A stretch of DNA of 64,000 nucleotides. Source: Candidatus Dadabacteria bacterium. Lineage in GTDB: Bacteria; Desulfobacterota_D; UBA1144; Nemesobacterales; CSP1-2. Of the stretch, positions 21,760 to 32,188 are shown one piece after another. The stretch lies in the NCBI GenBank assembly GCA_963805855.1, contig CAWDVW010000002.1, positions 512,001 through 576,000 of the forward strand. The letters run 5' to 3'. The first letter of the stretch is position 1. Every line of letters begins with the position of its first letter. A model generated the notes under the pieces. That model did not search any database. It was not told the origin of the DNA and worked only from the letters and a program-made list of their open reading frames with translations. The position numbers were made by a program, and so were the translations under genes.

Positions 21760-21977
21760 CTTTAACCTCCATGTAATTTATTAACGCAAACTGAACTGCG
21801 ACTGAGAATCAACTCTGTACTTAGCTCCGAAATTAATAATAAGTATTTCATTAAAATAGACTAAAATCAAGTAAATACCAGATGATAGTTATTACCATCT
21901 GGTGAAGTACGAGTCGAATCGTCATTAGCATCACTAATATGGAATGGGCTTTCGAATCCTTGGAAATATCTAACGTA

Positions 21978-22025
21978 TTGACAAAATGCTTTTAGAACGA
22001 TATTATCATACTAACTGGTTGGTAT
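21978..22025 (+). promoter_or_regulatory. sigma70 promoter with overlapping TetR-type operator
   Basis: TTGACA-17-TATTAT at 21978-22006, followed by the imperfect palindrome ATACTAACTGGTTGGTAT at 22008-22025. Confidence 0.65.
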
Positions 22026-22036
22026 CTTTTCAGAGA

Positions 22037-22662
22037 ATGAAAGAAAAAAGTAACATCAAAGAGCGGTTCATCAAAGCTGCTATAGATCTTATCTGTGCGC
22101 GTAGCTACAACACAGTGGGTGTCCAGGAATTATGTGACAATGTCGGGGTGACTAAGGGAAGTTTCTATCACTATTTCCCATCAAAGCGTGATCTTACACT
22201 GGCGGCTATAGATGAAATTTGGGCAATCATACCAACGGAATTTTCTAGAGCCTGTGTTCAGCTCGGATTTACCCATTTTGGAGAAGTTTCATCGACTCCT
22301 AGACTCAGTTTGTGATTACTATGATTCAGAGAAAAAAATTACCGGGAGAATGGCAGGCTGCAAATTGGGAAACATGTCCTTGGAGCTGAGCACACAGGAT
22401 GAAGTTTATAAGGAAAAGGCTAGACTTCGTGTTCAAACAATGGATCATGTACCTAAACAGCGTCCTCGAGGAGGCAGTCGTTGGTGGAGAGTTACCGGAT
22501 AATACAGATACTCACGCCTCCGCACAGTCTATCCTGGCTTATTTAGAAGGTCTTGTGCTCCTGGGAAAGACCTTTAATGATCCAAGTTTTATGAGACAGC
22601 ACGACTGGGGTATTCCCAAGTTAATTCTGTATAAATCAGAACATGCCGATGATGTGGGTTAA
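22037..22662 (+). CDS. TetR/NemR-like transcriptional regulator, two +1 frameshifts
   Basis: HTH GVTKGSFYHYFPSK in frame 1, GCKLGNMSLEL in frame 2, and ILAYLEGLVL in frame 3. Confidence 0.8.
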
Positions 22663-22693
22663 GATGCGTAGGAATATATTTTTCCTTCTTTAC

Positions 22694-22711
22694 ATTCCGA
22701 CTGGTCGGTAT
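22694..22711. promoter_or_regulatory. Second TetR-type operator upstream of the peroxiredoxin-like gene
   Basis: ATTCCGACTGGTCGGTAT, similar to 22008-22025. Confidence 0.55.
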
Positions 22712-22856
22712 CATCGCGAGATCTGAGTCTGAGATTCTAGGAAGGAAATTGTTAAAGTGTCATGGATGAAATATATGTATGCAAGAGTGATCGCTGGTGA
22801 TTTTGAATAAAAAATTTCCTATGTTTGCAAACCTAAATAAATAACGGAGGTGTAAG

Positions 22857-23514
22857 ATGAATTTACAAAGATGAGCTACAGGAGGTTTTCAATAGGGCTT
22901 CCCAAAAGTTTCCGCCAGATGTATTAGACACCATGCTTGGCACGACGCGCAGGCTAGTGGAAAGCGGAATTGCCGAAAAGTCTCTTAGGGTTGGAGATAA
23001 AGCCCCTAATTTTGATTTGCCAAACGCTAGTGGTGAGGCAGTAAGACTCAAGGAATTGCTTGACAAGGGTCCGGTCGTTCTAAACTTTTACCGTGGTGGC
23101 TGGTGCCCGTATTGCAATCTTGAATTGAACGCGTACCAAAGGCGCCTTCCAGAGATCAATCAGTTAGGAGCATCGCTTGTGGCAATTTCACCGCAAACTC
23201 CCGACAACTCATTATCCACTGCTGAAAAGAACGAATTGAAATTTCAAGTGTTAAGCGATGTCGGCAACAAAGTAGCAGATCAATTTGGACTGGTTTTTAA
23301 AGTGCCTACCGAACTCCAGGAACTATACAACAAGTTCGGTATTGTGTTGCCAAAATTCAACGGAGACGAATCCTGGGAACTTCCAATGCCCGGAACATAC
23401 GTCATAGATAAAGACGGTTCGGTGTCATATGCGTTTGCAAATGCCGATTACACAAAACGAGCAGAGCCTGATGAAGTAATAGCTAAGCTCGAAGAGATAA
23501 GCAATAAAGAATAG
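22857..23514 (+). CDS. AhpC/TSA peroxiredoxin-like protein, +1 frameshift near 22866
   Basis: FYRGGWCPYC and VLSDVGN. A GGAGG RBS precedes ATG 22857, which is one base out of frame with the tracked ORF starting at 22933. Confidence 0.85.
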
Positions 23515-23876
23515 GCCACCGAAAGGGTCTTATATAGTACTTCGTTAAGGTGGAATTTATGACTGCCAGCATGGTTTCAATTGATGGTGGCCCAGCCCCA
23601 ACATAAATCGTATTCGCTTATTATTGCCATTGCACATTGCATGATGGCTGAGGCCAATTCAACAAGTTCACAGGTGATGCAACCCATAGAGTCTGATACA
23701 TCAAGATTTTAGCTGAGAATTATTGGGGAGCCACACCAGATGGGTTCTTCATCCTTCTCACGGGCTGCGTTTTCGCAGAACGGTAGCCTTGAGACGCTAT
23801 GGAATCAAGGAGCGAAATATGGAGTCAAACCGTCACCCGTAGAGGTTAAAGTCAATAGAACAAGGGAGGGAAAATC

Positions 23877-23990
23877 ATGGAATTTAGAGAAGTTGTTGGC
23901 AATAGGAGATCAATAAGAAGCTACGCTGATAGGCCCGTCGAAATGGAAAAAATCCAGGTTATACTCGAAGCGGCTCGCCTTGCACCTTGG
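23877..23990 (+). pseudogene. N-terminal fragment of a nitroreductase
   Basis: MEFREVVGNRRSIRSY...ILEAARLAP, after which homology ends. GGGAGG RBS. Confidence 0.65.
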
Positions 23991-24134
23991 GTACTGCCTC
24001 CCCTTTGTCAAGCCCGGTTTAAATTGGAAAACATGAAGAATTCCATTCTTCTGACTAAATCAGATATTCGTACCTTGACATTACATTGCAAAGTCTAGTA
24101 GAGTTTTATTAAAGATGAGTACAGGAGGAGAAAT

Positions 24135-24545
24135 ATGAGATTTATTTCAAGTTCAACAATATTCCTTTTAGTTCTTGCTATATTTTTGTCAATAATTAGC
24201 ACTAACCTTAATATTGCAGTAGCGGATGATTCGTTGGATGGCAAATCTTTTTTAGTCGAACTGTCTGAAACGAAAAAAAATGAAGTTACTAAAGATGAGT
24301 TGATTTTTAAGGATGGGACTTTCTTCTCTGTCGAGTGTGACCAGTACGGCTTTGGTCCCGCGTCGTATGAATCGAAGTCAAAAGGCGACACTATTTTGTT
24401 CGAATCCACACTCGTAAGTGATACAGAAGGAAAATCGGAATGGGAAGGTTCGGTTCAAGGTGACAAAATTACCGGAACGTCTATATGGTCAAAGGAAGGT
24501 CAGGACCCGATTATATATACCTACGAAGGTAATATGAAGAAATAG
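24135..24545 (+). CDS. Secreted hypothetical beta-rich protein
   Basis: AGGAGG RBS, signal peptide, and DELIFKDGTFFS...WEGSVQGDKITGT. Confidence 0.7.
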   Translation: MRFISSSTIFLLVLAIFLSIISTNLNIAVADDSLDGKSFLVELSETKKNEVTKDELIFKDGTFFSVECDQYGFGPASYESKSKGDTILFESTLVSDTEGKSEWEGSVQGDKITGTSIWSKEGQDPIIYTYEGNMKK

Positions 24546-24922
24546 CTTTGTAGTCCTCATAAGTGCGGCTCGTTTCCACTGTGCTTTTAGGATTTCACCT
24601 GCTTAATTCCGCGAGTTCTTAATGGGAAGCAGTATACAAATGGTATGATGCATGAGTTATATAATTACTGTTGATCCTTGTACTGGTCCCCTCTTGTAGA
24701 CTCGCTTTAAGTTGAAATTAGGACGTGCTAAGCACTTACTGGATATTATTCTCAGCTACTCACGCGTTATGCTAAATAAGTCTTATCTGTTCTTAGAGTA
24801 TAGACTTATTTTAGGTAGCTCAGGACACCGCGCCGTCTACTCATCCGCGATTCGCAAATGTTCCTCGCTAGCGACATGTCGGGACGGGCTTAATCGGGGG
24901 ATCCACTGTTCGATTTTTTATT

Positions 24923-24957
24923 TTCTTTGTCTTGATACAAAGAAGCAAAAATCAAGG
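24923..24957. repeat. 35-nt repeat with an exact inverted copy at 54368-54402
   Basis: TTCTTTGTCTTGATACAAAGAAGCAAAAATCAAGG. Confidence 0.75.
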
Positions 24958-25215
24958 GCTGATAAAAAATTAGGAATTGATCTACCCTTTTGTAAAGTAA
25001 AGCAGCCTTTGTCAGGCCTTGCCATGAGACCAGATATGCGCCGAGATTAAACAACCTCTTGAAGTCCGATAAATCGCATACGGAAACTACGGTTTGAAAA
25101 ATCGTTATTGCTCACGGTTTACTTAAATGAAAACCCTCCATATAATAAGTAGTTAGACGCTATCACGCGATCGGAGTCATTTCAATCTGCCGAACCATCA
25201 CGAAAGGAGATGAGC

Positions 25216-25639
25216 ATGTCAACGGATCACAAAGAAACATCAAGGCAACTTCTCGAGTTGTGGGGTGACAACGACGTTGCACAAATCAGACGACTACTTC
25301 GCTGAGAATTACGTAAACCACCAAATGCCCGACGCCGCGAGGCGGCACGTCTGTTATCTCGCTGGAAGAATGGAAGTCCTTGGTGGCTGACTTCCACCAA
25401 GGATTCTCCAATGTGAAGATGGAGGTTCTCGCTGCAGGTTGCCGAAGGTAACTACGTCTGTTCGCGGTGGCGAATGACGGCCGAGCACACGGGCGAAGTT
25501 TCGAGAGTTTGCAGCGACCGGCAAAACAACCACTTGGACCGGGACCCACACCGATCGCTACGAAGGTGGCAAGCTTGTCGAGAGTTGGGTCGATTGGGAC
25601 AAGTACAGCTTTCTTGAAGGCTTGGGATTGCTACCCTAG
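25216..25639 (+). CDS. SnoaL-like/ester cyclase (NTF2 fold), multiply frameshifted
   Basis: AAGGAG RBS. Fragments across frames: MSTDHKETSRQLLELW, DYFAENYVNH, DFHQGFSNVKMEV, AEGNYVCSRWRMTAEHTG and TGKTTTWTG..RYEGGKLVESWVDWD. Confidence 0.7.
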
Positions 25640-25729
25640 CGGTGAAACCGGCAGAGCCTGGCCCTTTAGGTGTCATCGAGTGTATCAGAGATATTGCCAC
25701 CAGAGAACGACACATAATGTTCACTTATT

Positions 25730-26206
25730 ATGATGATAAAAGAACAAGGAATTCGGCTCGAGTTCTCAGACGGACGTCAAACCCTGAGCTCACTAACTGA
25801 AATCAACAAAGCCTTTCAGGAAATAGGCTCACGAATTTGGCCTCTCGACCTCAGGGCCGAACCCCACGACATCAAAAAACTCCTTAATAAGCCAACCCTG
25901 ACAACGGAGGAGTCGGATAGGCTTTTGAATCACTTCCTTTTGTCCCGTGAGCGCCTCCTTGAAATCATCATTAGTGCAGGCAGGGAGGCTCACGTGCCAG
26001 GCGGCGGCTTCGTGAATCACCACCGTTCCCCAAATGGAGAGATACTTTCGCTTTACGTAGATTGTCCTGGAGAAGACACCGGTTGGATATTGACATACGA
26101 CGGCGGGTATCCGCACGTCGGGAGCATCAGCGGCGCCCAGCCCGGGACTAAGGCACTTGTGCAGGTCATCGGACCAGAGACTTGGGTAATGAGATATGAT
26201 GTGTGA
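25730..26206 (+). CDS. Hypothetical protein
   Basis: 158-aa ORF with a natural-looking composition. No family recognised. Confidence 0.5.
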   Translation: MMIKEQGIRLEFSDGRQTLSSLTEINKAFQEIGSRIWPLDLRAEPHDIKKLLNKPTLTTEESDRLLNHFLLSRERLLEIIISAGREAHVPGGGFVNHHRSPNGEILSLYVDCPGEDTGWILTYDGGYPHVGSISGAQPGTKALVQVIGPETWVMRYDV

Positions 26207-26357
26207 TTCACCGAAGCTCTTCTCATCTGAAATTCACAAGAAGTAATTCTGATCAATTTTATGTGGCTTTAACTGATCCCAGCTTGTGAACAACAAGGAC
26301 GCGTAGAAATTACAAATTGGAAATGTATTCTCACTTTAATCGTACTGAATTTCTTAT

Positions 26358-27944
26358 TTAGCTACCGGCTAATTCTAATCCTCGCTCGTTCAAAATTACC
26401 TGCGCTGCATTTCTTCCAGGCATGAACGATATTCCGGGTCCGGGGTAACTTCCTGAACCGCAAAGATAAACATTATCTAGAGGGGTCTTATACTGTCCCA
26501 ATTCAGGAATGGGCCGCATCGTGCCACTCTGATATGGTAATAATGCGCCATGAATCCAGGTCCCATGAACAGCGCTACTGACCTTGTTTTCCTGATCAAT
26601 AGGGGAGTGCACCACTCGTCTCAAAATGGATTTTTTCAGATTCTTAATATAGCCGCGATTAAGTATGTCGATAATGCGGTCGGCAAAAGCCTCTTTAACC
26701 TCAGCCCAATTTCTTGCGTTTATGATTCCCGCAGCGTCGCCCCGAATTTCATAGGGAACAGTATGTACCAATATTTTGATCAGCCCCTTACCCTTGGGTG
26801 CTCGCCCTGGATCGATGACGGATTCATTACATATCACCAAGAATGGTTCTTTCGGGAGTAAACCGGCCCGACATTCGGCTGCCGTACGACTTGCGTAATC
26901 AAGAGTTGGTTGGCTTGCATGAACATAAGCAGCAGAAGCAGCACTTTTACCAGCTATATAATCCAGGGGACTATTTAGCGAAATATACATGACAATATTT
27001 GATAATCCCCAGTCATAATTTTTCATCTTCTCCACGATAGTTTTTCCAACGGATCTTTCCCCCAACAGCTCAACAATCAAAGTTCTGGGATCAATACTGG
27101 ACGCGATGACTTCATTTACATTTATAATGTCACCATCTCCCAAGGTAACCCCCATAGCTCGATTACCTTCGGTCAAAATTTTCTTGACACCGGCCTCGGT
27201 AATTATCTCACCACCCGCATCAGAGAATGAAGCAGACAACGCTTTGATTAGGTTGGACATACCACGCTTTATAGCCTTATTGCCATAATCCTGGACGATG
27301 CAATCAAATAACCACGCGAGTTTGCCTCCACCGACGTCGTCCGGGGACATACCAGTATGAAGAGCAAATGACCCCAGAAAACACTTTATCTTCTCGGATT
27401 CAAAGTTCTCGTCACAAAAACTCCTCAAGGTTTGCATGTCAAATCTATATTCTTCCAGACCATTTGTTTTGTTTTCCAAATATGTAATATAAGCCGAGAG
27501 CTTATCAGGCGGTGAATTCAATGCCTTGATAATGTCTTCTTTAGAATCAAGCCATTTTCGATAAAGCGATCTCCATTTTGATGCATCGAACTTAGACAGT
27601 TTCGAAAGAACGTCACAAGTATCTTCAAAATTACGACTCATATGGAGCGAGTCACCATCTGGAAAAGCGTGAGCAAAGGGGATATCCGGTGTAATAAATT
27701 CTAAACCATAATCTAAAAGGTTTAACTCATTTGCAGCTGGCGATAAGCTCGCAAACTGATAACCAAAAGCGTGCACATCAGAACGAAACCCCGGCTGCGT
27801 AATTTCTTCCGTGATTGACATTCCTCCGATCATGCTATTCTTTTCCACAATCACTGTTCTAAAGCCCGCTTTTGCAAGATAACACGCACACGCTAAACCA
27901 TTATGACCCGCGCCGATTACAAGTGCATCATATTCTTTTGCCAT
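26358..27944 (-). CDS. Phytoene desaturase-like FAD-dependent oxidoreductase
   Basis: GAGHNGL Rossmann motif and YLCGSGSYPGPG...PGRNAA. Start MAKEYD at 27944. Confidence 0.85.
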   Translation of the reverse strand: MAKEYDALVIGAGHNGLACACYLAKAGFRTVIVEKNSMIGGMSITEEITQPGFRSDVHAFGYQFASLSPAANELNLLDYGLEFITPDIPFAHAFPDGDSLHMSRNFEDTCDVLSKLSKFDASKWRSLYRKWLDSKEDIIKALNSPPDKLSAYITYLENKTNGLEEYRFDMQTLRSFCDENFESEKIKCFLGSFALHTGMSPDDVGGGKLAWLFDCIVQDYGNKAIKRGMSNLIKALSASFSDAGGEIITEAGVKKILTEGNRAMGVTLGDGDIINVNEVIASSIDPRTLIVELLGERSVGKTIVEKMKNYDWGLSNIVMYISLNSPLDYIAGKSAASAAYVHASQPTLDYASRTAAECRAGLLPKEPFLVICNESVIDPGRAPKGKGLIKILVHTVPYEIRGDAAGIINARNWAEVKEAFADRIIDILNRGYIKNLKKSILRRVVHSPIDQENKVSSAVHGTWIHGALLPYQSGTMRPIPELGQYKTPLDNVYLCGSGSYPGPGISFMPGRNAAQVILNERGLELAGS

Positions 27945-28183
27945 TAAACGACTCCATATCAGTTCTCGCTCTCTACGGAATTCGCGAATTCGAGAACATT
28001 TACCTTTGTCAGTGTCGCGGAATTCCGAATCAAAAAAAGCTATATTCAAAATGATTTTCTGTCAAAGCCCTGGTTAATTTATTTCAAATCTCTTATAATC
28101 GTGTTCTTCGGTTTGTGACTATTGTAACAACCATATTTTGTTTATAATCTTAGAAAATAAAAAAGGATTTGAATTCTTAAAAT

Positions 28184-29317
28184 ATGAAGATTTTGATATC
28201 GTTACTTTTGACATCATTCTTGATTAACAATCTTTACGTCCCTACTGGCAACACTGAAGAACACATTAAGCATAATAATACGAATCAGGATCCTGCATCT
28301 GTTACAAAAGTGCTTTTAAACCATCGCATAAGTAATTCCGCTCCGATCGAACTTGGCAAAGTAAACTGGCTGCGTAATTTCGATGAGGCAGTTAAGCAGT
28401 CTCAACATCAAAACAAGCCGCTCCTAGTTTTATTCCAGGAGGTCCCAGGGTGCAACACAGCTTCGGGGTACGGAAAAATTGTTCTGAGCGAGCCACTCAT
28501 TGTAGAAGCGGTGGAATCTCTGTTTGTTCCGATTGCCATCTACAACAATATTGGGGGACACGACTCGAAGGTACTTACATCCTTTGGTGAGCCATCCTGG
28601 AATAACCCCGTTGTTAGAATAATGACACCTGATCGGAAAGAACTCGCACCAAGGTTAAGTGGGGATTACTCAAAGCTGGGTCTGGTCACCTTAATGATTC
28701 GCGCACTTGAAAACGATAATCAGATTGTCCCTAATTATTTAAGGCTTCTGAAGGAGGAACTTAACGCACGTGTAAGTGGGATGGACAAGGCTGTATTTGC
28801 AATGAGCTGCTTCTGGTCGGGTGAGGAGACTCTCGGAAGGATCGAAGGCGTAATTTCCACAAATCCTGGATTTATGAAGGGGCACGAGGTAGTAGAAGTG
28901 CAATATAATCCTGATCTAATTTCATATAATGACCTTCTTAACAGAGCAAGACATGGCCAGGTTGCCGACCATGTATTCGTGAATGACGGAAACCAAAAAA
29001 ATGTAGCAGAAAAGGTGGTGGGAAAATCTTCTGTTTCCGATATCACCGATTTTAGACCCGACAGTGATCCTAAGCATTACCTATCACAAACTATCTATAA
29101 ATATATTCCGATGACTTCGCTTCAGGCATCGCGTGTAAACGCGGCAATAGGGAGTGACGCATCTCCCGATAATTATCTATCACCCAGGCAGCTTGAGCTT
29201 TTGAAATATGTTAAGAACCATCCAGAAATTAAGTGGCAAAGCACCGTTGACCTGGATTTTCCTGATGCGTGGGAATCAGCAATGACTCTGATGAATAGAA
29301 AGGTTGGAATGAAATGA
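28184..29317 (+). CDS. Exported thioredoxin-like (VPG[U/C]xxT-type) protein fused to an MsrA-like domain
   Basis: Signal peptide, LFQEVPGCNT and EPSWNNPVVR, followed by MsrA-like AMSCFWSGE and EVVEVQYNP. Confidence 0.7.
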   Translation: MKILISLLLTSFLINNLYVPTGNTEEHIKHNNTNQDPASVTKVLLNHRISNSAPIELGKVNWLRNFDEAVKQSQHQNKPLLVLFQEVPGCNTASGYGKIVLSEPLIVEAVESLFVPIAIYNNIGGHDSKVLTSFGEPSWNNPVVRIMTPDRKELAPRLSGDYSKLGLVTLMIRALENDNQIVPNYLRLLKEELNARVSGMDKAVFAMSCFWSGEETLGRIEGVISTNPGFMKGHEVVEVQYNPDLISYNDLLNRARHGQVADHVFVNDGNQKNVAEKVVGKSSVSDITDFRPDSDPKHYLSQTIYKYIPMTSLQASRVNAAIGSDASPDNYLSPRQLELLKYVKNHPEIKWQSTVDLDFPDAWESAMTLMNRKVGMK

Positions 29318-29434
29318 AACTCTCCGTAGGTTATCAACATAGAAACGAAACGCACTTTCTTTAATTCCGAGTAATCCCGATTAGTGCCGAATGAAACCAA
29401 GTAATTAAGCTTTTAGGAAGGAGATCGCTTCGTT

Positions 29435-30088
29435 CTACTCGCGATGACAAAAAACCGCCTCAAAAAAATGGGGACTGTACCTTCGAGGACTGTCCCCATT
29501 TTTACGTAGGCTTTCAACGTAGGAAATTAATTCAGGGAAGAAATTCTCAAAATGAGCTTGAAGTTCCCCAAAGTTTAATTTCACCTCTTCTATTGCACCA
29601 TGCAGGTTATTTCCCCTGTTAAACCTTCTCTCCATTCTCTTGGATATCCTGTCCAACGTAACTCCAATTGCATCCAGATATCGATAAGAACCAAGCCAGT
29701 CCTCTTCAATCATCCTAGGAACCGCGAACTTCAGATCCCCAGGGAGAAGCCTCCTATACCTCTTCAGGATTGAGTATGAATTGCCAATGAACGTATCCAG
29801 ATCCAGTTTGGAATATGACGACCAGTTCTTTGCCAGAAAGTGATCAAAAACAACATCAATTATGATTCCGGCAAATCTTCGTCTCTCCGAGCTGAATAGC
29901 TTTCTACCTTTCAAAACCATGTCATGGGCATCGGTAAAAGCGTCGACTTTGCGGTGAGTGTTGATCGCCGCGAGGATTCCCCTAGGGTATTGATCAACCA
30001 GAGGTCCCTTAACGAAATCCGCAATAATACTCCCAAGTATAGAATCCTCTGCGTCCTCTGAGAGATAAAGATGTGCCAGATAATTCAT
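29435..30088 (-). CDS. acpH: ACP phosphodiesterase (AcpH/DUF479)
   Basis: MNYLAHLYL, DFVKG, HRKVDAFTD and DVVFDHFLA. The C-terminus runs through a palindromic repeat. Confidence 0.85.
   Translation of the reverse strand: MNYLAHLYLSEDAEDSILGSIIADFVKGPLVDQYPRGILAAINTHRKVDAFTDAHDMVLKGRKLFSSERRRFAGIIIDVVFDHFLAKNWSSYSKLDLDTFIGNSYSILKRYRRLLPGDLKFAVPRMIEEDWLGSYRYLDAIGVTLDRISKRMERRFNRGNNLHGAIEEVKLNFGELQAHFENFFPELISYVESLRKNGDSPRRYSPHFFEAVFCHRE
29462..29503. repeat. TGGGGAC...GTCCCCA repeat inside the acpH 3' end
   Basis: Copy of 11806-11849, translated as KNGDSPRRYSPHFF. Confidence 0.75.
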
Positions 30089-30125
30089 AATATGCTTTAC
30101 ACACTAATAACCAGCGATAATAACA

Positions 30126-31427
30126 TCATTGTGAACATTCGGTAAAATTATCAACTATCACGCAGGATATGACTTCTTCTCCCTCTACATTTCTAATAGA
30201 TACATTCCAGCCGTCCTCAAATTGTTCCATAGTTACAAAGCCAAAATCATCGAGGTTTACTCCCTCGTTTACCGTAGTGCCAGCGATTTCCAGCCCGGCC
30301 AGTGGTACGCTGATGGGTTGATCCAGCTCTGTCCCGCTAAAGCCGACCACGAACTGAGGAGGCGTGTCACCAACAAAATTCAACATTTCAAAAAAATGAA
30401 TATGGCCCGATAACACGAGATTTATCCCCGGCTTAAGCGAGCTTCCTGTAGACTCTTGAAGAGTCGCATTTATACGAAAAAGGTCACCGTCGAATTCCCC
30501 AATTCCCCAGACCGGGTGATGAGTTACGAGCCAGGCATTATTTCCGGCAATCTCACTCAGAGCATCAATCTGCGCTGAATAAACATCCACTAGATCCTGA
30601 GGCGCATCATCATCCTGAGCGCTCGCAGAATCGAGCATTAAAAGTTGAACTAATCCTATGTCTATAGAATATGGCGGCGTAAATTCCTCACATTCCGGGA
30701 ATGGAGGATTGGGATCAAGAAATCGGAACCACCCTTTTCCAGCGCGTGTACACATCTCATGGTTACCCCGCGTGAAGACCCAGGGTGCAGATTTTAACAA
30801 TGAGGAAGCAGGTGAAAAGAAGTCGGCGTCCCAGGTTTCCCAGTTGTCTCCGAACGGCGAGCCCGCACAACCCATATTCCCTGCCGGACATGGTGATTCA
30901 CGATACAGATAATCGCCAACATGTATAACGAGGTCCGGGCCCCACTCGGCTGCGCTCTCGGCTATTTTTTCAAACGGCCAGGCTTCTGGGTCATTACAGG
31001 CCTGAACATCGTCACCCTTAATCCTGCATCCAGCATCACCAATAACCACCAAGCGCTTAGGATTTTGCTTGGGCAATTTCAGTCTTCGATCCGCGATTGA
31101 TGCGGAAGTTGTTCCAGATGGGATGATAGTCTCGCATACCAGGACAGGGAAGTCCTTTTCAGATGGTTCTTCTCGAACCTCCATCTGCTGCAACAAACCA
31201 TCCAATCTTATGTCTGGGCACGTTGGGTTTTCCGTAATAACACGAGCAAATACCTCTCCCGAAGGTCCCATCTGAACCCACATGGATTGAATCCCACTAC
31301 TTGATGACCCAGAATGGTCATCACATGCGAGAGTAAATAAACTAAGAGCGGATAGAAGATAGAAAAACAGAATCGGTGATCGAGACTGAATATTTAACCC
31401 AGGCCAGAATTTAGATCGCGTGTCCAC
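30126..31427 (-). CDS. Calcineurin-like metallophosphoesterase, probable lipoprotein
   Basis: GDAG, HVGDYLY, RGNHE, HHP and GHIH, plus an LAC lipobox. Confidence 0.85.
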   Translation of the reverse strand: MDTRSKFWPGLNIQSRSPILFFYLLSALSLFTLACDDHSGSSSSGIQSMWVQMGPSGEVFARVITENPTCPDIRLDGLLQQMEVREEPSEKDFPVLVCETIIPSGTTSASIADRRLKLPKQNPKRLVVIGDAGCRIKGDDVQACNDPEAWPFEKIAESAAEWGPDLVIHVGDYLYRESPCPAGNMGCAGSPFGDNWETWDADFFSPASSLLKSAPWVFTRGNHEMCTRAGKGWFRFLDPNPPFPECEEFTPPYSIDIGLVQLLMLDSASAQDDDAPQDLVDVYSAQIDALSEIAGNNAWLVTHHPVWGIGEFDGDLFRINATLQESTGSSLKPGINLVLSGHIHFFEMLNFVGDTPPQFVVGFSGTELDQPISVPLAGLEIAGTTVNEGVNLDDFGFVTMEQFEDGWNVSIRNVEGEEVISCVIVDNFTECSQ

Positions 31428-31486
31428 TATTTATCTACCTAACCCTCTGGTATTGATTACTATCATTCCCATTTTATCAGAAAAAG

Positions 31487-31918
31487 TTATTCTATCCCAA
31501 CCAGCTCGACATCAAATACAAGAGTCGCATTTTCAGGGATCACCGGTGGAAACCCTCTGGCGCCATAGCCAAGCTCCGGTGGGATTATTAATTGCCGCTT
31601 TCCACCAACCTTCATGTCTGCAATTCCTTCGTCCCATCCTTTAATTACTTGACCAGTACCCAGAACGAACTCAATAGGCTCACCTCTTTTGATTGAGCTG
31701 TCAAAGACCGTACCGTCTTTCAATTTCCCGGTATAATGTACCTTTACCTTTTGACCAGTTTTCGGCATTGAGCCATTTCCTTCTTCAATCACGATATATT
31801 CCAGACCGGATTCAGTTTTATGCACCTTGGGTTTCTCCTCCTCTCCTGCAAAGGTTGATTTACATACTATGAAAAATGACAGGTATACAAGAGCCAATGG
31901 TAAAACAATTCTTATCAT
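31487..31918 (-). CDS. FKBP-type peptidyl-prolyl isomerase, exported
   Basis: [21 protein letters not shown] and [13 protein letters not shown]. Confidence 0.95.
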   Translation of the reverse strand: MIRIVLPLALVYLSFFIVCKSTFAGEEEKPKVHKTESGLEYIVIEEGNGSMPKTGQKVKVHYTGKLKDGTVFDSSIKRGEPIEFVLGTGQVIKGWDEGIADMKVGGKRQLIIPPELGYGARGFPPVIPENATLVFDVELVGIE

Positions 31919-31997
31919 TGTCGCCTCCGATTCTCGCTAATTTGGGTTGATAGGATAAACAGTTTGTTTTAATAAAGCAAAGATTGGAAGTTTTAAT

Positions 31998-32076
31998 GCG
32001 GGGTAGGAAAACCCCGCCTATCGGTATTTGGGAATAATTCTACACGCGATCGATAGTCGGGACTTTCCAGTCCCGA
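31998..32076. repeat. Back-to-back pair of GATAG-type REPs
   Basis: GCGGGGTAGGAAAACCCCGCCTATC, 29 nt, then GATAGTCGGGACTTTCCAGTCCCGA. Confidence 0.7.
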
Positions 32077-32188
32077 TCCAACTGCGGCAAGAAACCACTC
32101 ATAAAATCCCTCTACTTCTCCCTTTAAAAAAGGGAGACTTTATACGGCTTCCTGCTTTTATAGAGGTGGGGTGAGGGCTTTTTATTCA

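Noticed and set aside
21797-21811. Fur-box-like sequence upstream of ferritin (TGCGACTGAGAATCA)
   Set aside because: Only about 9 of 14 matches to the 7-1-7 consensus; too weak.
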